Below, piece by piece: positions 1-9,722 of a stretch of DNA of 64,000 nt. Every line of letters begins with the position of its first letter. The stretch's first letter is position 1. A program made the position numbers and the translations under genes. The notes under the pieces were generated by a model. It did no database searches and was not told the DNA's origin. It worked only from the letters and a program-made list of their open reading frames with translations. Source of the DNA: a virus; the IMG/VR virus record IMGVR_UViG_3300028635_000005, one strand, 5' to 3'.

Positions 1-2
1 TT

Positions 3-920
3 CCGTTATTAACAACAAAAAAGATGTTTTTGAAAGGAATAATTCATGAACTCCTTTGGTTCTTAAGAGGAGATACAAATATAAAATATTTAGTTGATAA
101 CGGTGTTAATATTTGGTCATCCGATGCATATCGTTGGTATTTGAAAAAATATGAAGAATTTATTAATTTAGAATCAAGATTTCAAGAAGAACTGCCTTAT
201 AGATTTGAAACGCAAGAAGAATTCATAGACGCTATTAAAAAAGGAAGAGATTATAGATTAATTTCTAAAGTTATAGGGAATTATCACCTTGGTGATCTTG
301 GTAAAGTCTATGGCTATCAATGGCGAAATCAAAATGGAGTAGATCAGATTAAAGATGTCATTGAAGGCTTAAAAAACAATCCTTATAGTCGTTATCATAT
401 AATAGATAGCTGGAATAAAGTAGATTTTCCTGAGATGGCACTTCCCCCATGTCATCTTCTTTATCAATTTATTGTGAGGCCAATGTCATTTGAAGAAAGA
501 AAAAATTTAATACCTGAGAATATACCTAATTTTCTTTCGCACGAAGATTTAGATTGTTACAATATCCCTAAATATTTCCTTGATCTAAACATGTATCAAC
601 GTTCATGTGATATTTTTCTTGGTGTTCCATTTAACTTGGCTTCAATGTCATTATTGTTAATAATTATAGCAAAAGTTTCAAATATGGCTCCTGGTATTGC
701 ATATTGGATAGGCGGAGACACCCATTTATATCTAGACCATATTCCGATGGCACAGGAGCAATTAAAACGAACGCCTAATAGGTTACCTTATCTAACAATT
801 ACAAAGGAACTCAAGTCACTGGATGACATATTAGAGCTTACTATAGATGATTTTGTTTTATCAAATTATAAGTCAGACAAAAGCATAAAAGCCGAATTAT
901 TCACCGGCATTAAAAAATAA
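3..920 (+). CDS. thyA: Thymidylate synthase (5'-truncated by window edge)
   Basis: Frame is open from the window start (PLLTTKKMFLKGIIHELLWFLRG); catalytic LPPCH and YQRSCDIFLGVPFN motifs. Confidence 0.97.
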   Translation, partial: PLLTTKKMFLKGIIHELLWFLRGDTNIKYLVDNGVNIWSSDAYRWYLKKYEEFINLESRFQEELPYRFETQEEFIDAIKKGRDYRLISKVIGNYHLGDLGKVYGYQWRNQNGVDQIKDVIEGLKNNPYSRYHIIDSWNKVDFPEMALPPCHLLYQFIVRPMSFEERKNLIPENIPNFLSHEDLDCYNIPKYFLDLNMYQRSCDIFLGVPFNLASMSLLLIIIAKVSNMAPGIAYWIGGDTHLYLDHIPMAQEQLKRTPNRLPYLTITKELKSLDDILELTIDDFVLSNYKSDKSIKAELFTGIKK

Positions 921-930
921 TGATTATGAA

Positions 931-1134
931 ATGGAAAACTTAAAAAAGCATCCAATAGATGCTAGCATTAAAAAAGAAAAATGTGTTATTTGTTTTAATG
1001 AAACGCCTTATATAAAAAACACTCCTATACATGAAAGACGTTATTACGTAGAAGGAGCAGGACAATTATGTGAATGTTGTTATGATCAGATATATACTTG
1101 GAAAAATTACACCTATGCATGGAAAAAGCATTAG
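931..1134 (+). CDS. Small zinc-binding protein
   Basis: CVIC...CECC cysteine pairs; tight packing after thyA. Confidence 0.6.
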   Translation: MENLKKHPIDASIKKEKCVICFNETPYIKNTPIHERRYYVEGAGQLCECCYDQIYTWKNYTYAWKKH

Positions 1135-1292
1135 AGATATTGTTAATAATTGCACTTATTGTTTTAGGTGTTGTTATGATCATGTACATTAGAAAAATTA
1201 ATAAAGAAATAAAAGAACTGGATAGAAAAAAACGAAAAAGAGATAAAGAACTTTTAAAATTAACAAGTAAAAGAAAAAATAAAACGTATTAG
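1119..1292 (+). CDS. Small single-pass membrane protein
   Basis: ATG at 1119 (MEKALEILLIIALIVLGVVMIMY) followed by a basic tail; preferred over the TTG start at 1098. Confidence 0.6.
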   Translation: MEKALEILLIIALIVLGVVMIMYIRKINKEIKELDRKKRKRDKELLKLTSKRKNKTY

Positions 1293-1294
1293 AT

Positions 1295-2128
1295 ATGGGA
1301 AAAATCAAGAGATTAGCTCTAACAATAAACAGCTTCGATGCTTCTGAACTTCTTGAAATGTTAATAAGCGAAATACGTGATCAAGTTGATCATGTTGCTG
1401 CTATATATCAGAATGTTTCATACTGTGGAAACAAAATGGATCCAGAGGATATGGAAGAACTTCAACGACTTCATAAATTAGGATTAATAGATGAATTAAT
1501 TGAATTTCAAGGAGATTACAGAAAACCTCATAGAGAACAAGAAACAGATAAGAGAAACATGGGGATTACAATGATGAGGGAAAAAGGTTTTTCACATATT
1601 CTCAACATAGACGCAGATGAAATATATGATCGCGATCAATTCGTAGAAGTTAAAAAACAGATTAATGCCAATGGGTGGCCTATAACATATTGGAGTTATG
1701 TTAATTACTATAAAGATTTTGAACATTATCTTGTTTATCCCTTTAGGCCTTTTGTTCCGGGTATTCATTCAACCTATTTTACGTATACATTTAATGGACC
1801 TGCTCCAGGACCAACAGACCCTACTAGAAGAATTTATAATCCAATGAATATAGGCACATACTTATTTCCCGATGAAGTAATTAGAATGGCTCATGGAGCA
1901 TGGATAAGAAAAAATATTCGTAAAAAACTTGAGAATTGGAGCGCAAAAGATCATTTTAATCAAGCACTTATAGATAAAGCAGTTCATCAATATGAAAATT
2001 GGAAAGAAGGTGATGACGCGATAATGCTTTTCAACGTTCCTTCAAATTCTGTGCACGTCAAAAAACTTGATGTTCGTATTCATAAATTTGACGTGCCTTG
2101 GCTTAAAAATTCGTCAAATTCAGAATAA
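1295..2128 (+). CDS. GT-A fold (GT2-like) glycosyltransferase
   Basis: N-terminal beta-strand/helix pattern, HILNIDADE DxD motif, late RMAH motif. Confidence 0.75.
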   Translation: MGKIKRLALTINSFDASELLEMLISEIRDQVDHVAAIYQNVSYCGNKMDPEDMEELQRLHKLGLIDELIEFQGDYRKPHREQETDKRNMGITMMREKGFSHILNIDADEIYDRDQFVEVKKQINANGWPITYWSYVNYYKDFEHYLVYPFRPFVPGIHSTYFTYTFNGPAPGPTDPTRRIYNPMNIGTYLFPDEVIRMAHGAWIRKNIRKKLENWSAKDHFNQALIDKAVHQYENWKEGDDAIMLFNVPSNSVHVKKLDVRIHKFDVPWLKNSSNSE

Positions 2129-3054
2129 TTCTTATCAACTATCATTATATATTTAAAGCCATTAGCAATAGTGGCTTTTTCTTTTGCTTCTAATACTTCT
2201 TTATCTCTTTTTTCATAATATGAATTTTTGCATTCAATAATGAGATTTAAAGATGGTATATAAAAATCTGGATGATAATATTTTTTCTTTCCATTTAAAT
2301 AATAGATAATGGAATTAGCTCTGTGTATTTCAAACATATCATAATATTTTTCTAAAAAATCTAATTCATAAGAACCCTGATACCATAAATCAGTTTGTCT
2401 GAAATATTTTATTTTCTTTCCGCTATTCATTTGTTTATAATGTACATTTTCATTTTGAGATTGATGTTCAACTCCATATCTTTTTTTAAGAGTTTCTGCT
2501 GTCTTTTTCTTAATATCTATATTTAATAATGCGCACTCGTTTCCGTAACGTTCTAAGCATGTTTGTCTTTGTTTATCCCAATTTTGATATTTTTCATCAC
2601 CGTATTTTTCCTTTTTAGTTTTTTTGATTTTTTCTTTTACATCTTTTCGCTGATAATTATTTTTTACACCATAATTTTTAATGTTTTCTTGCTCTATCTT
2701 AGTTCTTATAATAGAAGATTTAAGAGGAGAATCAACACCATATTTTTTTAAACAAGTTTCTTTAATTTTTTGTCTTCTTTCTGTAGACGCCATACCAATT
2801 CCAAGTAATTTATAATTACATAATTTACTGCATGTAGTTTGATAATATCGTGAAAAATTCATAAATTTAGTTTCCTTTCCGCATAATTTGCATTCGCCTT
2901 CTCCTTCTTCTTTTAACCATTTATCAAAATATTCTTTTTGAGTAATAATATGAAATTGTTTTATGTGTCTTGCTAAGGAACCCACAAGTTTAAATGTTTT
3001 ACCACACTCTTCACATATTATCATATTATTCGCATTTCTTCTAAAATCTTTCAT
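2080..3054 (-). CDS. Free-standing homing-endonuclease-like protein (C2H2 finger, KYGV repeats, PD-(D/E)xK domain)
   Basis: CEECGKTF..LARHIKQFH, CKLC..CSKLC, repeated KKYGV/KNYGV/KRYGV, YHPDFYIPSLNLIIECK; overlaps the convergent GT gene by 49 nt. Confidence 0.75.
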   Translation of the reverse strand: MKDFRRNANNMIICEECGKTFKLVGSLARHIKQFHIITQKEYFDKWLKEEGEGECKLCGKETKFMNFSRYYQTTCSKLCNYKLLGIGMASTERRQKIKETCLKKYGVDSPLKSSIIRTKIEQENIKNYGVKNNYQRKDVKEKIKKTKKEKYGDEKYQNWDKQRQTCLERYGNECALLNIDIKKKTAETLKKRYGVEHQSQNENVHYKQMNSGKKIKYFRQTDLWYQGSYELDFLEKYYDMFEIHRANSIIYYLNGKKKYYHPDFYIPSLNLIIECKNSYYEKRDKEVLEAKEKATIANGFKYIMIVDKNYSEFDEFLSQGTSNL

Positions 3055-3069
3055 TTTTATTTTATATAT
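3055..3069 (-). promoter_or_regulatory. Late-type promoter motif
   Basis: Minus strand ATATATAAAATAAAA directly before the ATG at 3054. Confidence 0.6.
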
Positions 3070-3112
3070 TCACTTCTAATGTACCTAATAATGTAGTTAA
3101 TGTTAAAAATCA

Positions 3113-3139
3113 TAAAACAAAAGAGGCTTTATACCTCTT
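3113..3139 (-). terminator. Intrinsic terminator
   Basis: AAGAGG/CCTCTT stem followed by a U-tract on the minus strand. Confidence 0.6.
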
Positions 3140-3193
3140 ATAATTTTGTAAATATAAATAATATTTCTTAATCGAGAAAATTTTTATACAAAA

Positions 3194-3988
3194 TTATCCT
3201 GTACTTTCTATGAATTTAATATCTTTTTCGGGAATTTTATCTATTTCTTTGTATGATTTACTTCTTGCTCTATGTGTAAAAACAAAAAATCCGTTTTTAT
3301 CTGCACCTAATCCTACTCCTGATTTGGAATATTTTAAGTGTGTAACTACACCATTTTTATATTGTGTGCCGTGTATTCCCTTTTTCATTATCAACGGAAA
3401 AATTTTTTCTTTCATTTCTTTAGGAAGTTTACGACTATTTTTAACTTTATCTTTAACGTCAGTTGTCGCTTCTGTAATATCGTAAGTTTCATTTATGCAA
3501 ATCGATTCTCTAACAAAAGATCTTCTTGGCCTGTATCTATTAGTTTCTACAGAATTATATGATGCCATTGGCGCATTAACAACTAATTGGGCGCTTAAAG
3601 GTTCAATTTTAACCGAAGTTGCAGTTGCTTCGTCAAAAACAATATAGTATTTAATTGAGTTATTATCTGTTTTAACTATTTGTTGTACAATCCCTTTAAT
3701 TTTTGTGTTTCCGGGGTTTGCATTTGATTTTACGGGATTGCCTGTTATCATTGAACCTACTTTAATTTCATTAATTTCAATATCCGCTGTTGTTGGCCTT
3801 TGTTCAAGAGAATGATTTAAGGGCTTAATTTCATACGTGTACATCATGTTTGGACCACCCATGTTATTAGCTCCGCCAAATCCTCCACGTGTAATGCCTC
3901 CCATTCCTCCGCGAAATCCTCCTGATGACATTGAGAATCCTGCCCCGTAACTTTCTTTTATTAAACTTTCTCTAACTAACTTTTTCAT
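3194..3988 (-). CDS. Hypothetical late/virion protein with CTS-like leader
   Basis: Starts MKKLVRESLIKES; Gly-rich segment; second internal FVRESICINE motif. Confidence 0.7.
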   Translation of the reverse strand: MKKLVRESLIKESYGAGFSMSSGGFRGGMGGITRGGFGGANNMGGPNMMYTYEIKPLNHSLEQRPTTADIEINEIKVGSMITGNPVKSNANPGNTKIKGIVQQIVKTDNNSIKYYIVFDEATATSVKIEPLSAQLVVNAPMASYNSVETNRYRPRRSFVRESICINETYDITEATTDVKDKVKNSRKLPKEMKEKIFPLIMKKGIHGTQYKNGVVTHLKYSKSGVGLGADKNGFFVFTHRARSKSYKEIDKIPEKDIKFIESTG

Positions 3989-4000
3989 ATTCTAATTTTT

Positions 4001-5008
4001 TTAAACAAATACCATATAGTCTATTTTAATAGGATAAGGATGAGGGTTAAATACATAAAATCCTGTGATTAAATTTTCATCATTAGAATCAACTGGATCA
4101 GGCACACTTATCCATATTTTTACAGGCCCAACTTTTTCCCATAAATTATTTTCATCAACATAATTAAGATAATCTCCGGCACTAATTGTGGTATCTGTAC
4201 TTGGGCCACTCATTCCAGCATCTACAGCATCACAATCTTTATCATAACATGAAGAGTCTTCATTTAAAACGTAATATGTTAAATAATCGGGGATATGATT
4301 TATGTTAACAAAACGATCAGATTCATTAGAATCGATAGGATAAGTAACTTTTAAAACATATCCAAGCATTGCTGTGTTTGGATATTTAAAGGCGGGAATT
4401 TCTGCTGATACATCTTCAACCATTGGGCTTCCATATATTGATGTATCAGGTAACCATACACTAACATCTATTGAAGTAATATCAAATGAATATCCAGCAG
4501 GTGAACCTACAAATGTTAAACCGCTTGGATCGTATGTTGCAGTAACTGATATGTTATTCTCTCCAAAGACTATATTTAACGCATTTTCAAATCTTATAGA
4601 ATTTTCTGGATCACTAGTAACAAATAATGAAACATCGTAGTATCTAAAATTTCTATAATAGTTTATTTGTAAGTTAGCACTCATGTATAAATCATGTTCA
4701 ACACCGTTATATATAGTTGAACCGTCGAATAAAAATCTTTGGGTTCGATTTGAAATGCCTTTTGTTAATCCCTGAATAAATGTAACTTCACCAGATTCAA
4801 CGATTTTTGTTTGTCGAGACCACGCAGTAACAATTTCAGATATATCACCTAATTCCATGGAAACTAATATATCGCTTCCCGAAATTACTCCAATCTTTTT
4901 TCCATTTAAGAATTCAAGAGTTGTATTTTCAGCAGCTGATCCAGGACATTCTGGTAATTCAGGATTAATATAATTATTTGATGTTGGATTAAAAAGATCA
5001 ATAGGCAT
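4001..5008 (-). CDS. Hypothetical protein, probably virion structural
   Basis: 335-aa beta-rich acidic ORF; upstream GATAAATAAA late-like element. Confidence 0.6.
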   Translation of the reverse strand: MPIDLFNPTSNNYINPELPECPGSAAENTTLEFLNGKKIGVISGSDILVSMELGDISEIVTAWSRQTKIVESGEVTFIQGLTKGISNRTQRFLFDGSTIYNGVEHDLYMSANLQINYYRNFRYYDVSLFVTSDPENSIRFENALNIVFGENNISVTATYDPSGLTFVGSPAGYSFDITSIDVSVWLPDTSIYGSPMVEDVSAEIPAFKYPNTAMLGYVLKVTYPIDSNESDRFVNINHIPDYLTYYVLNEDSSCYDKDCDAVDAGMSGPSTDTTISAGDYLNYVDENNLWEKVGPVKIWISVPDPVDSNDENLITGFYVFNPHPYPIKIDYMVFV

Positions 5009-5063
5009 AATTACATATTTATTTTAATTTATTTATCTAAATATTTGACGAATTTTATTTCAT

Positions 5064-5087
5064 AAAAAAAGAGGTTTAGAACCTCTT
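5064..5087 (-). terminator. Intrinsic terminator
   Basis: AAGAGGTT-TAG-AACCTCTT stem plus 7 U. Confidence 0.7.
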
Positions 5088-5088
5088 G

Positions 5089-6270
5089 TTAAATTCTATC
5101 GAAATTTTTGCGTTCTTTGGGACTAATAGGGATACCAAACTTTTCCGATTTTAGTTTTTTTTTTTCGTTTTCAGGCTTTGGAACTGCCTTGGCATCTAAG
5201 ACTTCTACTCCTCCTTCAACATAAGGAATTGCATCCTCTATTTCAGGAGGCACCAGAGAGACACCAGGTGATTCGAGAACATCTTTATTATCGGTTATAA
5301 TGGATTCCTTTATCTGATCTTTTTCTTGTTTCTCGATTAATTCTAGAATCTTATCACCTACCGAAGGTTTATGAAGTTCCTTAAGGTCAAGATTCTTTAT
5401 TTTCGTTTTTTTCTTAAGAGGATCAACTGTTCGTCTTTTCTTTGGAACTCTTACGTCCTCTTTTGGCAGGAGCTCCTTTTCTTTTTTTGGCTCAACGACA
5501 ACATCTTTTTTGGGTGGTCGTCCTCGTTTTTTAGCAGTTACAGGTTTTTCTGGTTCAATTTGTTCGACTAATTTTGTTTCTATCTCTTTTTCGGGTATAG
5601 GCTCATCAATAACTTTAGGCTTTGCATCTTCTATTAATGCTATTTCTTCGTCTAAATAATCTTTTTCATACTCATTGACAATTGTAGGCTCTAAGGGTTT
5701 TTCAATTTCAGGAATTTCTTCAGGTTCAGGCAAAGATTTCTTTTCATCTTCTTCTGACATTAACTTAATATTTTGAGCTACTAATGCTGTCATACCAAGA
5801 GCTACGATAGGAAGTAAAGCACCGGCTATCCAGGATATAATTACTTGATACATTTCGGCATTTTCTGCTTGTACTCCTATTAATATTGATTTTTGCCAGT
5901 ATTGCCAATCATTAGATCCTGACATAACCATATATTTGAATGAAGCATAAACGTTCGCCGTGACTTGTAAAGCAGTTAATAAAAACATTAAAGCCCATGG
6001 CAAAAATCTATCCTTATTCTTAGTCATAAGTATCGAAAATAAAACTGACGCTTGGCCAATTTCATAAGTAATACCAAGAAGTACTGCAAGGCCAACAGTA
6101 TTCGCTAAGTTGAAAAATGTAATTGAGTGTAAAGTTGATACAAATCCTACACACAAATATAGGAGGGCAAATGTAACAATAAGCCCCCAATAAAGACCTT
6201 TGTTTGTAATTTTAAAATTTTTTAAATTCATATAATGATTTTTATATTTTAACGTATCCTGAATTTTCAA
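5089..6270 (-). CDS. Polytopic membrane protein with long charged tail containing an AT-hook-like motif
   Basis: About 4 hydrophobic helices in the first 165 aa; E/K/P-rich tail with KKRGRPPKK. Confidence 0.75.
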   Translation of the reverse strand: MKIQDTLKYKNHYMNLKNFKITNKGLYWGLIVTFALLYLCVGFVSTLHSITFFNLANTVGLAVLLGITYEIGQASVLFSILMTKNKDRFLPWALMFLLTALQVTANVYASFKYMVMSGSNDWQYWQKSILIGVQAENAEMYQVIISWIAGALLPIVALGMTALVAQNIKLMSEEDEKKSLPEPEEIPEIEKPLEPTIVNEYEKDYLDEEIALIEDAKPKVIDEPIPEKEIETKLVEQIEPEKPVTAKKRGRPPKKDVVVEPKKEKELLPKEDVRVPKKRRTVDPLKKKTKIKNLDLKELHKPSVGDKILELIEKQEKDQIKESIITDNKDVLESPGVSLVPPEIEDAIPYVEGGVEVLDAKAVPKPENEKKKLKSEKFGIPISPKERKNFDRI

Positions 6271-6523
6271 TTTGATCTATGAGATTATTCAAGTATTCTG
6301 GGATTTTTACAAATCCCCAGATGCGCTCTTCTGTTCCATCTAATTTTTTAACAATTAAAAGTGGTTCAGCTGGGTATTCAGTCATGACTTCATTAATCAT
6401 ACTTACACTTTTGATATTGACAGCATTTAGCATTTCATCGCTAATATCTGTATGAATAATTTCATGCAAATGTTTTGAATATAGCGCAATTTTTTCTCTT
6501 AATTCAGGAGTAATTTCGTTCAT
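6242..6523 (-). CDS. Hypothetical protein
   Basis: 93-aa ORF packed in the operon. Confidence 0.6.
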   Translation of the reverse strand: MNEITPELREKIALYSKHLHEIIHTDISDEMLNAVNIKSVSMINEVMTEYPAEPLLIVKKLDGTEERIWGFVKIPEYLNNLIDQIENSGYVKI

Positions 6524-6528
6524 TGTAT

Positions 6529-6885
6529 TTATTTTTTAGAGGTGTCTTTAACTTCTTCAGCGCCTTTAACAGTAATGGTTGTATTTGAACGAACTTTTTC
6601 AACGGCAGATTGAACAGCTTCAGCTCTTTTGTTAGCAGCATTTACCTGTTCGTTTGCAAGTTTAAGTTCGAAATTCAATTTCTTTATACTGTCCTGGGAA
6701 TCCCTGTAATAATTATTGTAAAGAGTTTTTAGAGAATCTATTTGCTCAATGTATTGTTTTGATCCCATATTCAAAAGAGTTTTTCTGTTGCAGCTTTGCA
6801 CACTCTTAATCATAAGTAAAAACAATAAAGCTAAAGCAAACCATTTCATGTTTTTTGAAAAGAATTGTTGTGGTGTTGTAGCCAT
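6529..6885 (-). CDS. N-terminally anchored coiled-coil protein (lipoprotein or spanin-like)
   Basis: Hydrophobic WFALALLFLLMI then SVQSC, then a heptad-rich region; late motif upstream. The spanin role is a guess. Confidence 0.5.
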   Translation of the reverse strand: MATTPQQFFSKNMKWFALALLFLLMIKSVQSCNRKTLLNMGSKQYIEQIDSLKTLYNNYYRDSQDSIKKLNFELKLANEQVNAANKRAEAVQSAVEKVRSNTTITVKGAEEVKDTSKK

Positions 6886-6900
6886 GTGTACGTTTTTTTG

Positions 6901-6919
6901 TTTTATATATTTTATTTAT
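6901..6919 (-). promoter_or_regulatory. Late-type promoter motif
   Basis: Minus strand ATAAATAAAATATATAAAA. Confidence 0.5.
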
Positions 6920-6926
6920 GCCTAAA

Positions 6927-6955
6927 TTTATATGTTAAAAAAAGACTCAAGTTTT
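6927..6955 (-). promoter_or_regulatory. Middle-type promoter AAAACTT-N16-TATAAA
   Basis: Exact motif; overlaps terminator hairpin. Confidence 0.6.
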
Positions 6956-6965
6956 CTTGAGTCTT
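6937..6965 (-). terminator. Intrinsic terminator
   Basis: AAGACTCAAG/CTTGAGTCTT 10-bp stem plus U-tract. Confidence 0.8.
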
Positions 6966-6987
6966 AGCACATATCTATAAATAAATT

Positions 6988-7620
6988 TTAATTATCTTCC
7001 TTTGTTAAATCTATTTCTACTGTGTTTCCATCAATAGAAACATTCTCATTTTCTTTATCTGCATTTTTCTCTAAATCTGCAAGATAAAAGCCTTGTTCAC
7101 TTGCTGCCCATTTTTCTTGAAGATATTGAACATGCTTAAGTTTTTTTCTTGCGTCTTCAAGTTTTTCTCCAACAACAATTCCAATTTTTGAGAACTTATC
7201 GGCAATTTTCTCAAATTCTAGTGCTAATTCAAGACCTATTCCACCCGGATTAGATAACATATAAGCGCAAAATTCAAGAGCCTGATAATCAAGCAAAAGA
7301 GGAGTTTCTTCATCTGCAGATAACATAGCTTGTCGAAGAACTTCTGACATTTTTATCATTCCCATCCACCCGTTTTTTGACCAAAACGCAAATCTATTCA
7401 TGAAATCTTCAATGAATAAGCCAACATCGTTTGCAGCAAAATTTCCTTTATCGCTAATGGCCCATTTCTCTTCTGAAAAAGCTTTAAGAGCCTCTTGAAA
7501 TTCATTCTTATATTGTTCTATTTCTTCAGGAGTAGGTTTATTTGTATTTTCTTCATCTGCCATATTTCCGATATTTTCTTCAGCTTTGACGACTTTCAGT
7601 TTAGTTTCTTTTTTTGTCAT
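6988..7620 (-). CDS. Hypothetical protein
   Basis: 210-aa helical acidic ORF with its own promoter and terminator. Confidence 0.7.
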   Translation of the reverse strand: MTKKETKLKVVKAEENIGNMADEENTNKPTPEEIEQYKNEFQEALKAFSEEKWAISDKGNFAANDVGLFIEDFMNRFAFWSKNGWMGMIKMSEVLRQAMLSADEETPLLLDYQALEFCAYMLSNPGGIGLELALEFEKIADKFSKIGIVVGEKLEDARKKLKHVQYLQEKWAASEQGFYLADLEKNADKENENVSIDGNTVEIDLTKEDN

Positions 7621-7645
7621 TATTTTTAATTTATTTTAATTATTT

Positions 7646-7674
7646 TTTATATAAAAAACAAGTTTTCAAGTTTT
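7646..7674 (-). promoter_or_regulatory. Middle-type promoter AAAACTT-N16-TATAAA
   Basis: Exact motif upstream of 7620. Confidence 0.65.
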
Positions 7675-8443
7675 AAGGAAACAATATATCTAATTGATTT
7701 TTATTATCAGCCTGTGTTTTCCACCAATTAAGAATAAAGCTTGAACTTTTTAAATGCACATTTGTATATGAATCGTCAAAAAACAATGGGGTGAAAACAC
7801 TTTGAAAATTAGCAGTAGTAAAAAGCGGCAAGCTTAGTCTTAATGGATGATGCTCATTGAAAAAAATAATGTTTTCTGAATAAGGAACAAACCCATCAGG
7901 AACTCTTAAGCTATAATGCCCATTGTCTTCAACATATTTAGATAAAAAATATTTAGCATATTCTCGAGTAAGAATATAACAAGCTGCACTCCAATTTATG
8001 TTATAACGTTTGTTCAATTTCATATCTTCTTCAGATATATTGTCTTTAATAAGAGAAAGCTGAACAACTTGCCAATTTTCAGGTAATCTATTAATAATAT
8101 CATCCCATGTAAAATTCCAATAATTAACTGTTTCAAATAAAACATCATCTTCACAGAAAACGCCATAATTTTCATCAGTATTTTCAAACCAGTTCTTTAT
8201 ATTTTTTACATGACTTATCGAGATAGCAATTTGAGGAGAATTCATTTGATAAAAAAAGTCTCCGCTTACAATAGGGCTATTCGTGTAATCTGTAGTTAAG
8301 CCATCATAACCTTCTATCATATTATGTTTTAAGCCTAAAGAATCTAGTTGTGAAATCATGTATTCTTTACGATCCACAGATTTTTCTAACGTTATCCAAT
8401 TAACAGTCGGAAAATTATGTAATTTATCTTTATTCTCTATCAT
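7673..8443 (-). CDS. Glycosyltransferase family 25-like
   Basis: ITLEKSVDRKEYMISQL, IEGYDG, SHVKNI, FCEDDV, SAACYILT motifs. Confidence 0.8.
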   Translation of the reverse strand: MIENKDKLHNFPTVNWITLEKSVDRKEYMISQLDSLGLKHNMIEGYDGLTTDYTNSPIVSGDFFYQMNSPQIAISISHVKNIKNWFENTDENYGVFCEDDVLFETVNYWNFTWDDIINRLPENWQVVQLSLIKDNISEEDMKLNKRYNINWSAACYILTREYAKYFLSKYVEDNGHYSLRVPDGFVPYSENIIFFNEHHPLRLSLPLFTTANFQSVFTPLFFDDSYTNVHLKSSSFILNWWKTQADNKNQLDILFP

Positions 8444-9209
8444 TAATTAAATACTCTGTGTTATTTTTAATATGATACTGAACTACTAATTCTTTAAATT
8501 TTTCTTTATACTCGGCTAATTCTTTGCCTACAGATTCTATTTCTTGCAAAATATCGCTTTGTTTATCAACACAAAGTATTGATGCCCTGTTAATTATAAT
8601 GTTCTTTTCTTTATACATTTCATCAAGAGCTAAAGCATAACCTCCAAGTTGAAGTTTATATTTAAGTTCTTTAACGCTTCCTTTTTTAATTTTCCCATTA
8701 GATGATTTAAAGTCTGTGAGAGACAATCCAAAATTTCTATCTTTATATAAAATATCTAATTTTCCTCGATAAAATAATGATGCTGAAAATATTCCCATTT
8801 CTACTGCTATCATCTCAGAAAATTGTTGGGCATAATCTGAATAATAAAACTTGTAAAATAAATCACGCCCTTCTTCAATTTTTACAGCAGGAATGTTTTC
8901 AGTTATAAGATTTTTAGGGCTTTCCTCCTGTGTGTATTTTAGGGCCTTAGAAACATCTTTAGTTTGATGGTAATGGATTATAAAGTTTTCAATAAAAAGA
9001 TGCATGGATGAACCCCGATTGGCCGCTACGGTCATTATCTGTTCGGCCTTTTCTTTTCCTATACGTAGAACCCATTGTTCAAAGTCTGGATCAGGAACCA
9101 TTTCTGATAAAATAGTGCTAACACTTGGGATTTTTATTCTATAATAGCAAGATGGTAATCCACGTTCATCTTTTATCCAACGTATATTTTCTTTATCAAA
9201 CTGAAACAT
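8430..9209 (-). CDS. PD-(D/E)xK exonuclease (phage RecB/Cas4-like fold)
   Basis: PSVSTILS, RGSSMH, YRGKLDIL, LTDFKSS, LQLGGYA. Confidence 0.85.
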   Translation of the reverse strand: MFQFDKENIRWIKDERGLPSCYYRIKIPSVSTILSEMVPDPDFEQWVLRIGKEKAEQIMTVAANRGSSMHLFIENFIIHYHQTKDVSKALKYTQEESPKNLITENIPAVKIEEGRDLFYKFYYSDYAQQFSEMIAVEMGIFSASLFYRGKLDILYKDRNFGLSLTDFKSSNGKIKKGSVKELKYKLQLGGYALALDEMYKEKNIIINRASILCVDKQSDILQEIESVGKELAEYKEKFKELVVQYHIKNNTEYLINDRE

Positions 9210-9212
9210 TAT

Positions 9213-9722
9213 TTAAAAAATACTTACGACCCAAGATATAAATTGTTGTATCAGATCAAATCTTACAATGAAGAAAATTATAACGCCTAAAATAATTAAT
9301 GATTTAATAATCCATTTTAAAGAAAATTTTTCAAATCTAAATCTATATAAAATAAGATAAGATAACGTTAATACACCCTTTTCGTCTTCAAATTGGTTAA
9401 ATTCAATGTCTAAGCATTCAGCAAATCCTAAATCTTCATCTAAATATCTATTAATCGGAGATAATGATTCAAGAATTTTTGTTCGTTTAACAACTTCTGG
9501 TAAATTATAATCTTCTTCCTCAAGATTAATGATCACATAAATGTCATAGAAGGCTGTTCGTTGCATATTCCATTTAGAAAATTTTGAATTAGGATTAGCC
9601 TCTTCTCTACGAACAGTTCTTTTCCAATCAGCAAAATTCTCAAGATCTCGATATACTTTAACGATACCCCAGTTTTTTGGTTTTAAAAAATTAAACATAT
9701 CAGTTTTAAGTTTCATTTCCAA
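9213..9722 (-). CDS. Hypothetical protein with C-terminal TM helix
   Basis: WIIKSLIILGVIIFFIV near the C-terminus. Confidence 0.65.
   Translation of the reverse strand: MEMKLKTDMFNFLKPKNWGIVKVYRDLENFADWKRTVRREEANPNSKFSKWNMQRTAFYDIYVIINLEEEDYNLPEVVKRTKILESLSPINRYLDEDLGFAECLDIEFNQFEDEKGVLTLSYLILYRFRFEKFSLKWIIKSLIILGVIIFFIVRFDLIQQFISWVVSIF

Noticed and set aside
3-2128. thyA-like gene as dCMP/dUMP hydroxymethylase for DNA hypermodification with the adjacent GT
   Set aside because: The specificity residue is Asn (GVPFN), as in canonical dUMP-specific ThyA; a dTMP kinase is also present. The GT target is left open.
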